Source: Minisyncoccia bacterium (GTDB taxonomy: Bacteria > Patescibacteriota > Minisyncoccia > 2-02-FULL-40-12 > IGHO2-01-FULL-4-A). From it: 64,000 nt of DNA. The DNA lies in NCBI GenBank assembly GCA_050015375.1, contig JBEKBN010000001.1, positions 34,683 through 98,682 on the forward strand, read 5' to 3'. The notes under the pieces were generated by a model. It saw only the letters and a list, made by a program, of their open reading frames with translations, did not search any database and was not told the DNA's origin. Positions 38,609 to 47,449 of the stretch are shown here, in pieces (positions within the stretch are counted from its first letter, which is position 1; each line of letters opens with the position of its first letter). The translations under genes and the position numbers were made by a program.

Positions 38609-38735
38609 TGTCCGAGCGCAGGCGAACGAAGTGAGCCGAGCACGGAAACAGTTGTTAACCCAGCACATAAAGCGTTATGTGCTGGGTGTAAGAATTGTTT
38701 CCGCTCGCTTCGCACTTCGTGCTTGCTCGCGGACA
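38609..38735. repeat. ~127-bp imperfect hairpin upstream of nusA
   Basis: ACCCAGCACATAA/TTATGTGCTGGGT core; TGTCCG...CGGACA ends. Confidence 0.65.
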
Positions 38736-38743
38736 ATTCTAAC

Positions 38744-40021
38744 ATGTTAGATACCAAACAATTCATTTCATCCATAAAACAGATCGCCGAGGAAAAAGGA
38801 ATTCCCCAGGACAAGGTCGTCGAAACGATCGAGGCGGCCATTGCCGCGGCCTACAAAAAGGACTACGGCGAAAAAGGCCAGATCATCCGGGCCAAACTGG
38901 ATGTCGAGACCGGCGATATCAAGATAAGCCAGGTCAAGTTCGTCGTCGAAGGCGTTGACGATGAGGGTTTTGTCATTGGCGAATTGCCCGAACATCATCG
39001 GATAGAAGATCGGGAAGAGCGGATCGAACAGGCCAGAAATCAACTTGAGAATTTGCCGGCCGACCAAATCCCGCCCGTTGAAGGCACGCCCGAGGAAGAA
39101 ATAAAAGTTAAATTCAATCCCGAGAAATATCTGACCCTTGTCGATGCCAAAAAAATCAATAAAAAATCAAAACTCGGCGACGAGATAATAACTCCTCTTG
39201 AAACCAAAACCGACTTTGGCCGGATCGCCGCCCAGACCGCCAAGCAAGTTATCATCCAGCGCTTGCGGGAAATTGAAAGGGAAGTCGTCTTTGAGGAATT
39301 CAAGAAAAAAGAAGGCGATGTCGTCTCGGGCGTCGTCCAAAGAAGCGAACGGCGAATGGTATATATCGACCTTGGCCGGACCAATGGCATCCTTTTACCG
39401 ACCGAGCAAATTCCGCAGGACAATTATCGCATTGGCCAGCGACTCCGGCTCTTGGTTTTAAGAGTTGAGGAAACCAGCAAAGGACCGGCGGTAATTTTGA
39501 GCCGTTCCCATCCCCGATTGGTTTTGAAATTATTTGAATTTGAAGTGCCGGAGATCGAAGCCGGCAGTGTGGTCATCAAAGCCATTGCCCGCGAAGCCGG
39601 TTCCCGCTCAAAGATCGCCGTGGCTTCCACCGATGAAGGCGTTGACCCGATAGGTTCCTTGGTTGGCCAAAAGGGCGTCAGGGTCCAGACGGTCATCAAT
39701 GAATTGGCCGGCGAGAAAATCGACATCATTGAATGGAACGACGACCCGGTCAAATTCATCGCCCACGCTTTGTCGCCGGCGAAAATTTTGGATATTAAAA
39801 TTATTGACGAAAAAAGACGCCATGTCTTGGCTGAGGTCGCCGACGACCAGTTCTCGTTGGCTATCGGCAAAAAGGGCCAGAACGTCCGGCTGGCGGCAAA
39901 ACTCACCGGCTGGAAAATCGATGTCCGGGCACCCCAGCAAAAAATATCATCCGAGGAAGTGATGGTTGACGAAGAAAATCCGGCGATCGTGCCGGCGGAA
40001 GAAATACCGGCGGTAAAATAA
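38744..40021 (+). CDS. nusA: Transcription termination/antitermination factor NusA
   Basis: FGRIAAQTAKQ, AREAGSRSKIAV, AIGKKGQNVRLA. Confidence 0.98.
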   Translation: MLDTKQFISSIKQIAEEKGIPQDKVVETIEAAIAAAYKKDYGEKGQIIRAKLDVETGDIKISQVKFVVEGVDDEGFVIGELPEHHRIEDREERIEQARNQLENLPADQIPPVEGTPEEEIKVKFNPEKYLTLVDAKKINKKSKLGDEIITPLETKTDFGRIAAQTAKQVIIQRLREIEREVVFEEFKKKEGDVVSGVVQRSERRMVYIDLGRTNGILLPTEQIPQDNYRIGQRLRLLVLRVEETSKGPAVILSRSHPRLVLKLFEFEVPEIEAGSVVIKAIAREAGSRSKIAVASTDEGVDPIGSLVGQKGVRVQTVINELAGEKIDIIEWNDDPVKFIAHALSPAKILDIKIIDEKRRHVLAEVADDQFSLAIGKKGQNVRLAAKLTGWKIDVRAPQQKISSEEVMVDEENPAIVPAEEIPAVK

Positions 40022-40032
40022 AATTTTCCCAA

Positions 40033-40064
40033 TTCGTATATTCGTAAAAATTCGTAATTTCGTA
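40033..40064. repeat. TTCGTA x4 at 8-10 nt period
   Basis: Direct reading of the sequence. Confidence 0.6.
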
Positions 40065-40069
40065 GTAAT

Positions 40070-41356
40070 ATGGAATCAACAACAAAAAAACTTCCCGACT
40101 CAAAAGTAAAATTGAGCGTCCGTCTGGACAAAGCCGAACTTCTTGAATTTGTCGAAGAAGCCGAGAAAATACTTGCCAGCGAGACCCACCTCGAAGGTTT
40201 CCGGCCTGGCAAAGCGCCGAAGGAAATTGTCCGCAAACGGATCGGTGAGGACAAGATCAAAGAGGAAGCATTGTCCATCGCGATCCGCTCCAGTTTCGCC
40301 GAAGCGATCAAAAAAGAAAAATTGGATGTCATTGACCAGGCCGATTTCAAGATCGGCAAAAACACGCCCGATTGCCTGGAATATGAGATGGTCCTTTCGG
40401 TTTTTCCGGCCGTGGTTTTGGGCAAATATACCGGTTTGAACATCAAAGAAAACAAAATTGCCGTGACCGAAGACGAAATTAAAAAGACTCTTGATGAATT
40501 GGTTAAAATGCAGGCCACCGCCAAAACCACCGACCGGCCGGCGAAAGCCGGCAACCGAGTAGAGGTCAATTTTGAAATATTTTCCGAAGGCAAATTAATA
40601 GACGGCGGTAAAAGCGAGAACCACCCGCTGGTCATCGGCGAGAAAAAATTCATTCCGGGTTTTGAGGAACAAATTGTCGGCATGCAAACCGGCGAGAAAA
40701 AATCGTTTGCCATTCAAGTGCCCGCCGATTATGTCCAAAAAGAGATTGCCGGCAAGGAGATCAAAATAGATCTGGAATTGGTGAAAGTCGAGGAATTGCT
40801 GGTGCCGGTTTTGGACGATGGTTTTGCCAAAAGCCTGGGCAAATTCGCCGATCTCACCGCGCTCAAAGAAAATTTGAAAAAAAGTTTGGAAGCCGAAAAA
40901 GAGGCCAAAGAAAAAGACCGCGTTCGGTTGGCGATATTGTCGGAGATCGTCGGCAAAAGCCAAATGGAATTGCCGGCGACTTTGGTGGAAGAACGCCTCG
41001 ATTCAATGATCCGCGACTTTGATGAGGACTTGCATCAAAAAGGGATGGAGCTTGGTTTGTATCTGGCTCATTTGAAAAAGACCCAGGACGATCTGCGAAA
41101 CGACTGGCGGCAAAAAGCCGAACAGCAGGTCAAGATGAGTATGGTCGCTCGGACCATCGCCCGCCAAGAAAAAATAGAAGTCAACGACGAAGATATTGAA
41201 AAAGAATTCGCCACCCTTTCCGACTATTACACCCGCCAAGGAATGCTCGAAGACCTCAAACAATCGGATCCGCTGGCGATAAGATCGCGGATAAAAGATG
41301 TTCTCCTGAACGAAAAAGTTTTTGACTTTCTGGAGAAGAACAATGTTCAAACTTAA
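40070..41356 (+). CDS. tig: Trigger factor
   Basis: GFRPGKAP, FIPGFEEQIVG. Confidence 0.97.
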   Translation: MESTTKKLPDSKVKLSVRLDKAELLEFVEEAEKILASETHLEGFRPGKAPKEIVRKRIGEDKIKEEALSIAIRSSFAEAIKKEKLDVIDQADFKIGKNTPDCLEYEMVLSVFPAVVLGKYTGLNIKENKIAVTEDEIKKTLDELVKMQATAKTTDRPAKAGNRVEVNFEIFSEGKLIDGGKSENHPLVIGEKKFIPGFEEQIVGMQTGEKKSFAIQVPADYVQKEIAGKEIKIDLELVKVEELLVPVLDDGFAKSLGKFADLTALKENLKKSLEAEKEAKEKDRVRLAILSEIVGKSQMELPATLVEERLDSMIRDFDEDLHQKGMELGLYLAHLKKTQDDLRNDWRQKAEQQVKMSMVARTIARQEKIEVNDEDIEKEFATLSDYYTRQGMLEDLKQSDPLAIRSRIKDVLLNEKVFDFLEKNNVQT

Positions 41357-41382
41357 ACCCCTCGCGAACGAGGGGTTTAAGC
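41352..41382. terminator. Hairpin after tig (CCCCTC...GAGGGG)
   Basis: TTAAACCCCTCG-CGAA-CGAGGGGTTTAA. Confidence 0.5.
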
Positions 41383-41583
41383 TGACCAACCAACCGGTTA
41401 CCTGCCGAGGCAGTTTTTCTCTTGCAAAAGAAGCGAAGCCGTTCTAAAATTAGAGTGACTTCGACGGCATCCCGCTAAAAGCGGGATGCAGGGTATTCGC
41501 AAGACCACGGCTGGTCAGTGTCTGGCATAAGTATAGCAGGTATAAAGTCGTTTGTCAAGCCCGTTAGAGTTGGCTCAACTTTC

Positions 41584-41961
41584 ATGTTTTCATCCAACAA
41601 ATACTCATTTTTTTTCTTGCGTTTGGGATTGGCGGCAGTTTTTCTGTGGTTTGGCGTAGACAAGCTCGTCAATCCCAACTACTGGCTGGCCACTTGGTGG
41701 CCGGGTCAACTTTCGAGTATTGTCAGTCATTTTAGTTTGTCAGAAACGCAAATGATCTACGCTCTGGGCGTTTTTGAGATCTTAACCGGTTTGAGCTTGC
41801 TCACGAATGTCTTCGCCAAATTCTTTTCAACCCTTGCAATAATTTATCTGGTTGCTATTCTGATCGTAAATGGCTGGACCGAAATTACCGTCAGGGATTT
41901 CGGCCTGATGGGAGGATTTCTGGCGATAATTTTCTGGCCCAAATTTCGAAGCCGTTTTTAA
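41584..41961 (+). CDS. DoxX family membrane protein
   Basis: LRLGLAAVFLWFGVDK, GVFEILTG, RDFGL. Confidence 0.85.
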   Translation: MFSSNKYSFFFLRLGLAAVFLWFGVDKLVNPNYWLATWWPGQLSSIVSHFSLSETQMIYALGVFEILTGLSLLTNVFAKFFSTLAIIYLVAILIVNGWTEITVRDFGLMGGFLAIIFWPKFRSRF

Positions 41962-41965
41962 CCTT

Positions 41966-42820
41966 ATGGATACTGATAATTTAGAAAATCAAAATCCGGA
42001 ACCTAACGCGGTTTTTCGGGAAGAGCAAAAACCTGAACCGAAAAAAGATAAACCGGTCTATTTGCAACTGGCATTGCCGGTGGCGATAGTTCTGGCGGCG
42101 GTTTTGATTTCCGGAACTATTTTATACACTCACGAGCAAAGCACTCCCGGTAATAACAATGGCACCGCCGCCATCGGGAACAAAGCCGATCAGATCGTTC
42201 AAGCCAAGATCACCAGCTCCGATCATATTATTGGCAATGCGAACGCTAAAGTGACCATCGTTGAATTTGCCGATTTTCGTTGTCCGTTTTGCGAGAGATT
42301 TTACTCCCAAACCAAGGACCAGATAATCCAGAGCTATGTTAACACCGGCAAGGCCAAATTCGTTTTCAAAAATTATGCCTTCCTCGGCCAAGAGTCCGTC
42401 TGGGCGGCGGAAGCGGCTGAATGCGCCGGAGAGCAGAATAAATATTGGGAAATGTTCAACTGGCTTTTCACCAATCAAGCGCCCGAAACCAATTTAACTT
42501 TCTACTCGAAAGTAAATCTCATCAAAGATGCCGGCAAGGTCAGCGTGGACACGACCCAATTCGCCAGCTGTCTTAACACCGACAAAACGGCCAGTGTTGT
42601 CTCCAGCGATTTGTCAGCAGGTCAATCGGTCGGCGTTTCCGGCACGCCGTCGTTTTTGGTCTTCAGCAACAAAGATGCCAGTTTTGACGTCAGCATCATC
42701 AAGGCCCAAGAGCTCCAGAACGTTAACATCATCAACCTCCCTAACGGCAATTCCTTCATCATCGGCGCCCAGCCATTCTCGGTTTTCCAGACGGCGATAG
42801 AAACGGCACTAAAGAAATAG
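41966..42820 (+). CDS. DsbA-family thioredoxin-fold protein
   Basis: EFADFRCPFC, GVSGTPSF, GAQPF. Confidence 0.92.
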   Translation: MDTDNLENQNPEPNAVFREEQKPEPKKDKPVYLQLALPVAIVLAAVLISGTILYTHEQSTPGNNNGTAAIGNKADQIVQAKITSSDHIIGNANAKVTIVEFADFRCPFCERFYSQTKDQIIQSYVNTGKAKFVFKNYAFLGQESVWAAEAAECAGEQNKYWEMFNWLFTNQAPETNLTFYSKVNLIKDAGKVSVDTTQFASCLNTDKTASVVSSDLSAGQSVGVSGTPSFLVFSNKDASFDVSIIKAQELQNVNIINLPNGNSFIIGAQPFSVFQTAIETALKK

Positions 42821-42840
42821 GTTTTTACTCTTAAAATAAA

Positions 42841-42878
42841 AAAGCACGCGTATGCCTAACTAGCATATAGCGTGCTTG
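42841..42878. terminator. Hairpin between convergent genes
   Basis: AAGCACGC-GTATGC...GCATAT-AGCGTGCTT. Confidence 0.5.
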
Positions 42879-42891
42879 TGAATATTATTTA

Positions 42892-44028
42892 TCAACCGGC
42901 GAATGGTTTGCAAACCGCCCGCTTAAGGTCGTGATAATACAGATGAACTCTGGCCCTAAACGGCGCAGTCTTCTTAGGCTCCGCCAGCGGCACATTCTCG
43001 CAAAGCAGGATTCTCATGTCGGCATACTGCCGGTCAAGTTGGGCCGTCTTCTTTTCGGCGAGCATCTTTTGCCGGGCCAGTTGAACCGCTTTTTTGTCTG
43101 CTACTGCTTTTCGGGCTTCTTCGGACAAAATCGGAACTGCACGAGGTTTCGTTATCTCCATCCGCTTCCAGAATTTGATGATATTCCGTATTAACCAACG
43201 GATAGCGACAACGATAGCTCCGACAAAAACCGCCAGCGCCAAGCCGTAAATGGAGATGAGAATAAAGAGTGGTCCCATTTCACGAGGCGCTTCCTTGAAG
43301 TTGTTGGAAAAAAGGTCGCGAAAGCAGTCATTGAAGGGATGGAACAGGGGTTGAAAACGAAGCACTGGCCGCCATCTCTTGGGTGGCAGGAAAAAGTGTT
43401 CGGCGCTCCCGACATCGATGGCGTTAAACCAGAAGCCAGTTGCCAAAAGAACCAATACCGTCAACCAGCGCCAGAAAATCTTCCAGATGATCCACAAAAG
43501 CACAAGGGGCGGTTGAACAGTGTAGGCCGGGAAAATGCGCCGTCTCCGAAATTGGCATTGGTCTTTCGGTTTGGATTCAAACCAGAAATTAACCCACCTC
43601 CATTCCCAGCGCGGAGGCCGCTTGGCGAATAACGCGTCCGGAACCTCAACGGTCAGTTCGGCCTTCCCGAAATACGGCAACATCGGATCAAAAACCTTCA
43701 CTCCGGTCGTCCGGTCGAACAGATCGGTTGGATACCGGTCGTCTCTGCGGCGAATGTACCTTGCCCACGGATCAGCCCCGCCGTCGTTCCAAACAATTGA
43801 AGCATAGATTTTATTTGTTCCCGGTTCGCGGAGTTGGATAAATTCCTCCATCTGCTCGAAGGGCACTAAGAAACGGCGCTCTTCAAACCAAGAAGAGATG
43901 ACCACAAGCAGAACAAACACTCTCTGTGCTTTTTGGCTCTTAAGTAAATCAAGGTCCGCACGGTCAATACACCAGCGCACAACAATGGTGGCATCTTGTA
44001 TCTTGTTGTCGGTCATGAGCTTAAGCAT
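42892..44028 (-). CDS. Hypothetical membrane protein
   Basis: 378 aa with AGGAG RBS and TM segments. Confidence 0.65.
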   Translation of the reverse strand: MLKLMTDNKIQDATIVVRWCIDRADLDLLKSQKAQRVFVLLVVISSWFEERRFLVPFEQMEEFIQLREPGTNKIYASIVWNDGGADPWARYIRRRDDRYPTDLFDRTTGVKVFDPMLPYFGKAELTVEVPDALFAKRPPRWEWRWVNFWFESKPKDQCQFRRRRIFPAYTVQPPLVLLWIIWKIFWRWLTVLVLLATGFWFNAIDVGSAEHFFLPPKRWRPVLRFQPLFHPFNDCFRDLFSNNFKEAPREMGPLFILISIYGLALAVFVGAIVVAIRWLIRNIIKFWKRMEITKPRAVPILSEEARKAVADKKAVQLARQKMLAEKKTAQLDRQYADMRILLCENVPLAEPKKTAPFRARVHLYYHDLKRAVCKPFAG

Positions 44029-44184
44029 AGATCTCCTTTCTGCGGTTTTGCCCGCTTTTCTAAAGTTTTAAGGTACTAAACCAAGTATTTCTATTCTATA
44101 TCAAACGGGACATATTGTCAAGAATGGCAATACTTGCTGAGTAAAACCAAAACGAGGCGGCGCCTCGTTAGGATATAATATTTG

Positions 44185-44257
44185 TCCGCCCGGAAGGACT
44201 TGAACCTTCAACATTCTCCTTAAGAGGGAGCTACTCTGCCAATTGAGTTACGGGCGG
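44185..44257 (-). tRNA. tRNA-Lys(CTT)
   Basis: Cloverleaf; anticodon loop CTCTTAA; TTCAAGT T-loop. Confidence 0.85.
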
Positions 44258-44293
44258 ATTGTGCTTTTCATCTTATCAAAAATTTCTAAAAAA

Positions 44294-45400
44294 TCAAAGT
44301 CCGCTGGATTTCTGTTTTTTGATTTCAACAACGATGCCCGCGGAAGTGGTCTGGAGATAATTGCGGAAGGGAACGTAGAGTGAATCCAGAATTTGTTGTT
44401 TCCCCGGATCGGTCATGAGCTGGGGTTTGTAATTGATTGATTGGATAGGCAAAGCAGAAAATGTCAGGCCATTGGGAGTGAAATCGCCGGCGATGAGAAG
44501 CCCTTCCCGGGTTTCTTTTGAAAATGTCTGGTCAAAAAGAAAATTGCCAAGAGAATAAATTATCGGCGCGCCGTGATAAAGTTCGGCATCTTCAATGACA
44601 TGAGGATGACTGCCGATGACAATGTCGGCGCCAGCGTCAATCCAAACATGAGCGGCTTGGGCTTGGGCTGTCGTGTGGCCGGCTTTATATTCAACGCCCC
44701 AGTGAGGCATAACCAGAACCCGCATGGATGGGTCTTGTTTTGCTTTCTCGATTATCGGGACGAGCGCTTCGGCAATTTGGCCGGGTGCTAGCATATTCAC
44801 GCCGATAACTGTTAGCGATAATCCTAAGCCATGAAAAACGGCAATGCGGGAAATATCATTGCCGGCAGGTCCGCCAAATGTTTGGATGCCGGCAGAAGCT
44901 AAAACGGAACGGGTCGTGGCGATGCCTTCAGCTCCGGCGTTGTCGCTGTGATTATTAGCTTGGCTTACGCCATTGATGTGTAAATATGAAAGTGTGTTTG
45001 CAACGGCCGGCGGAAATCGAAATATCATAGTCGTCCGCGCGGAAACATTGTCCGGAATTGGTTTGTCGGTAATCGCTCCTTCCAGGTTAATGATCGCCGC
45101 GTCGTAACCCGAAAAGACCTGACTACCTAGATTCGAAAAAGCGTCATTGAAATCATTCCCGAAAGTGTGGTTTATCATCCGAGCGAACATGACATCGCCG
45201 CCGATAATGAAGCTGACGCTTGGTTCAGGGGTTGCCGTGGGAAGGGGAATAGCCGGACGGTGATCGGAAAGATCTATGGCGATGGTCGAAGTGTTTTGAT
45301 AATGATGGTTTATGAAATAAATGGCAAAAACAAAACAACATCCCAATAAAATCCCGACCAAACCACAAGCCACCATCTTTCGCGTGATGAGAAGCTTCAT
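44294..45400 (-). CDS. CapA family metallophosphatase-fold protein
   Basis: GDVMFAR, NLEG, ANNH, HWGVEY, GSHPHV, YSLGNFLFD. Confidence 0.92.
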   Translation of the reverse strand: MKLLITRKMVACGLVGILLGCCFVFAIYFINHHYQNTSTIAIDLSDHRPAIPLPTATPEPSVSFIIGGDVMFARMINHTFGNDFNDAFSNLGSQVFSGYDAAIINLEGAITDKPIPDNVSARTTMIFRFPPAVANTLSYLHINGVSQANNHSDNAGAEGIATTRSVLASAGIQTFGGPAGNDISRIAVFHGLGLSLTVIGVNMLAPGQIAEALVPIIEKAKQDPSMRVLVMPHWGVEYKAGHTTAQAQAAHVWIDAGADIVIGSHPHVIEDAELYHGAPIIYSLGNFLFDQTFSKETREGLLIAGDFTPNGLTFSALPIQSINYKPQLMTDPGKQQILDSLYVPFRNYLQTTSAGIVVEIKKQKSSGL

Positions 45401-45405
45401 CTTTG

Positions 45406-45477
45406 CGCCCCCGCGAGGATTTGAACCCCGATCACTGGTTCCGAAGACCAGTACTCTATCCGTTGAGCTACAGGGGC
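45406..45477 (-). tRNA. tRNA-Arg(TCG)
   Basis: GCCCCTGTAGCTCAACGGATAGAG...; anticodon loop CTTCGGA. Confidence 0.9.
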
Positions 45478-45774
45478 CTCACACCTACTCACCTTCTGCA
45501 ACACAATTCTTTATTCTTCGTTTGAGTTGCAAATAGGCGTTACCTCTCAATTTTATACTAAACTCCCTGTGTTTGGCATCATCCTTTGAAAGATACGCTT
45601 CGTAATAAACCAAGACGAACGGTCTTCTTGTTCTTGTCGCTTCAACTAGCCCAGAATTGTGTTGCGTCAACCTTTTCCTTAGGTCGCTTGTATAACCAAA
45701 ATATAGCTCATCATCCCGTTTGCTCCTTAGAACGTATAAATAGTACATAGAAAAAGGTGAGTAGGTGTGAGGCC
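45475..45774 (-). mobile_element. 300-bp IR-bounded element carrying only a GIY-YIG nuclease gene
   Basis: Perfect 21-bp IR at 45475-45495 / 45754-45774; GGGGCCTC repeated at 45473 and 45776. Confidence 0.7.
45485..45748 (-). CDS. Stand-alone GIY-YIG nuclease (87 aa)
   Basis: YYLYVLRS...LYFGYTSDLRKRLTQHN, YYEAY, REFSIK. Confidence 0.9.
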   Translation of the reverse strand: MYYLYVLRSKRDDELYFGYTSDLRKRLTQHNSGLVEATRTRRPFVLVYYEAYLSKDDAKHREFSIKLRGNAYLQLKRRIKNCVAEGE

Positions 45775-45850
45775 GGGGGCCTCCAAACTTGACTGTTTTC
45801 CTTTTTCATTTTAACAAAAAACTTGCCTCGCGACAAGTTTTTTGTGCCTC

Positions 45851-45880
45851 ACCCCCACACTCTTGCATGAGTGTGGGGGT
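45851..45880. repeat. CACAC-family palindrome
   Basis: ACCCCCACACTC-TTGCAT-GAGTGTGGGGGT. Confidence 0.6.
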
Positions 45881-45884
45881 AAAC

Positions 45885-46469
45885 TTACGAACCGACAATT
45901 TGGATCTCAAGAGTGTGGCTGCCGAATTCAAGAGCGCTTTCGCGATCAGGGAACCAAATATCGATTTTTTGATTGTACCTTTTGTTCATTCTGTCCTCGA
46001 CAGTGAAAACCTTATCGCCGAAGTATTCGGGGATTTTGATTTTCGTTCCGAAGGGAAGGAAGTTAGCCGCGACCATACCGTCATAGACGTGAGCGCCGTC
46101 AGCGGCGATGAAAGGCGAAGCATCGGTCTGGTCGGGAGTCGAAGAATATCCCGTAACCGGAACTGTTAGCTCCTCCAAGATCGAATAAGAAGTTTTTTTC
46201 GTAGCGACAGGTTTAGCGTTTTTCACCGGGCTGTTCGTGGCCAAGAGGAAATTATCGCTGACAATGACCGAACCGGTTTGGGTGTCGGTCTGGGATTGAG
46301 CGACAACCGAATTGTTGGCGCCGATAAAAGCGACGCTGGAATCAGACTGGTTGCCGTTGCTGCCAAGTAAATTCATGGCATTGGCGCTTGAAGCTGCTAA
46401 TGAAAGCAAGGTGAAGGCCAAAAGACCGGCCGAGATCGCTTTATTGAATTTAATGTTGATTTTCATCAT
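45885..46469 (-). CDS. Secreted 3D-domain protein
   Basis: VTGYSSTPDQTD, AANFLPFGT, VEDRM, IDIWF. Confidence 0.88.
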   Translation of the reverse strand: MMKINIKFNKAISAGLLAFTLLSLAASSANAMNLLGSNGNQSDSSVAFIGANNSVVAQSQTDTQTGSVIVSDNFLLATNSPVKNAKPVATKKTSYSILEELTVPVTGYSSTPDQTDASPFIAADGAHVYDGMVAANFLPFGTKIKIPEYFGDKVFTVEDRMNKRYNQKIDIWFPDRESALEFGSHTLEIQIVGS

Positions 46470-46480
46470 GTTTGTATTTA

Positions 46481-46548
46481 TCCCGTTAGAGGTAATCAAC
46501 CCTCGGGTTGATGCCGATTCGGATGTCCGAATCGGACCTCTAATGGGA
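46481..46548. mobile_element. CCCGTTAGA-family element with two internal hairpins (duplication degenerate)
   Basis: TCCCGTTAGAGGT...ACCTCTAATGGGA. Confidence 0.7.
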
Positions 46549-46662
46549 ATAAAAAACGGCCTATTAAGCCACTTTTTATGATAAAAGCCCTATTTGGGCT
46601 TCATGCTTCTAATACTATCACAGACCGTAATATTTGTCAACCCATGTTCGGGATTCTGTCAA

Positions 46663-46731
46663 CCCCGTTAGAAACAGCCCGCCCCAGGGCCTTTTGGGCG
46701 CGCTCACGTGCGGGCGTGGTTTCTAACGGGA
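46663..46731. mobile_element. CCCGTTAGA-family element with TCAA duplication
   Basis: CCCCGTTAGAAAC...GTTTCTAACGGGA; interior homologous to the 19119 copy. Confidence 0.8.
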
Positions 46732-46749
46732 TCAAGTAAGGGATTGCAC

Positions 46750-46782
46750 GAAAAAACCGCCTCCAAAAAGGCGGTTTTTTCG
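46750..46782. terminator. Intrinsic terminator
   Basis: GAAAAAACCGCCT...AGGCGGTTTTTTC. Confidence 0.7.
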
Positions 46783-46798
46783 CACAGACATAATTAAT

Positions 46799-47434
46799 TT
46801 AAAGCCGGATTCCAGTTCCGCCAATATTAATTCCCATTCCGCTTGTCGGCGGAGCTATTTCTTGAAAGGGCACCCCAAGAAAACCCGCGATTTGGTTAGC
46901 AATGGAGATGCTTTTGTCTTGACGAGTATTGATAAGCGGCGAGCCAAATGAAGCGATCGAGCCAATGCTTGCGCTCATATCTGGACGCATTCTACCCAAA
47001 GGCAACGCTGAACTATTTTTGAAAACTAGCACCGTTTGAATCATAAGCCGCGGCATTCTCGCATGAGTGGCCGACCGGCCGACTCCCGCACTTTCCCTCA
47101 CTAACTCCCACTCTTTTCTGCTTTCTACGTGAACTACATCGCCGATCTCATAAGTGAAGGTTTTGCCTCCAAAGATTCGCTTTTTTTGGTAAATAATTTT
47201 GTTGCCGGATTTGTTGAAGTCGACAACAATATAGCTGATCAAAAGCAATGTCAGTATCTCAACGATAGGGAATATGCACAAAATCAGGGCGCCTTGAGTG
47301 CCGGAGTGGCTGGAAAGAAAAACGAAAAACACAATGACCGAAGTCAAAACAATAACAACGATCATCGGCATATAACTGGAGAGTCCGCCGTCTTTGAGAA
47401 TTAATTCATCTGCGGTCTGGCTGATGATTTTCAT
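46799..47434 (-). CDS. Hypothetical membrane protein
   Basis: 211 aa with 2 TMs. Confidence 0.6.
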   Translation of the reverse strand: MKIISQTADELILKDGGLSSYMPMIVVIVLTSVIVFFVFLSSHSGTQGALILCIFPIVEILTLLLISYIVVDFNKSGNKIIYQKKRIFGGKTFTYEIGDVVHVESRKEWELVRESAGVGRSATHARMPRLMIQTVLVFKNSSALPLGRMRPDMSASIGSIASFGSPLINTRQDKSISIANQIAGFLGVPFQEIAPPTSGMGINIGGTGIRL

Positions 47435-47449
47435 GGATATCGATAATTA

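Noticed and set aside
39424-40713. 429-aa minus-strand ORF
   Set aside because: Antisense to nusA and tig, with no motifs
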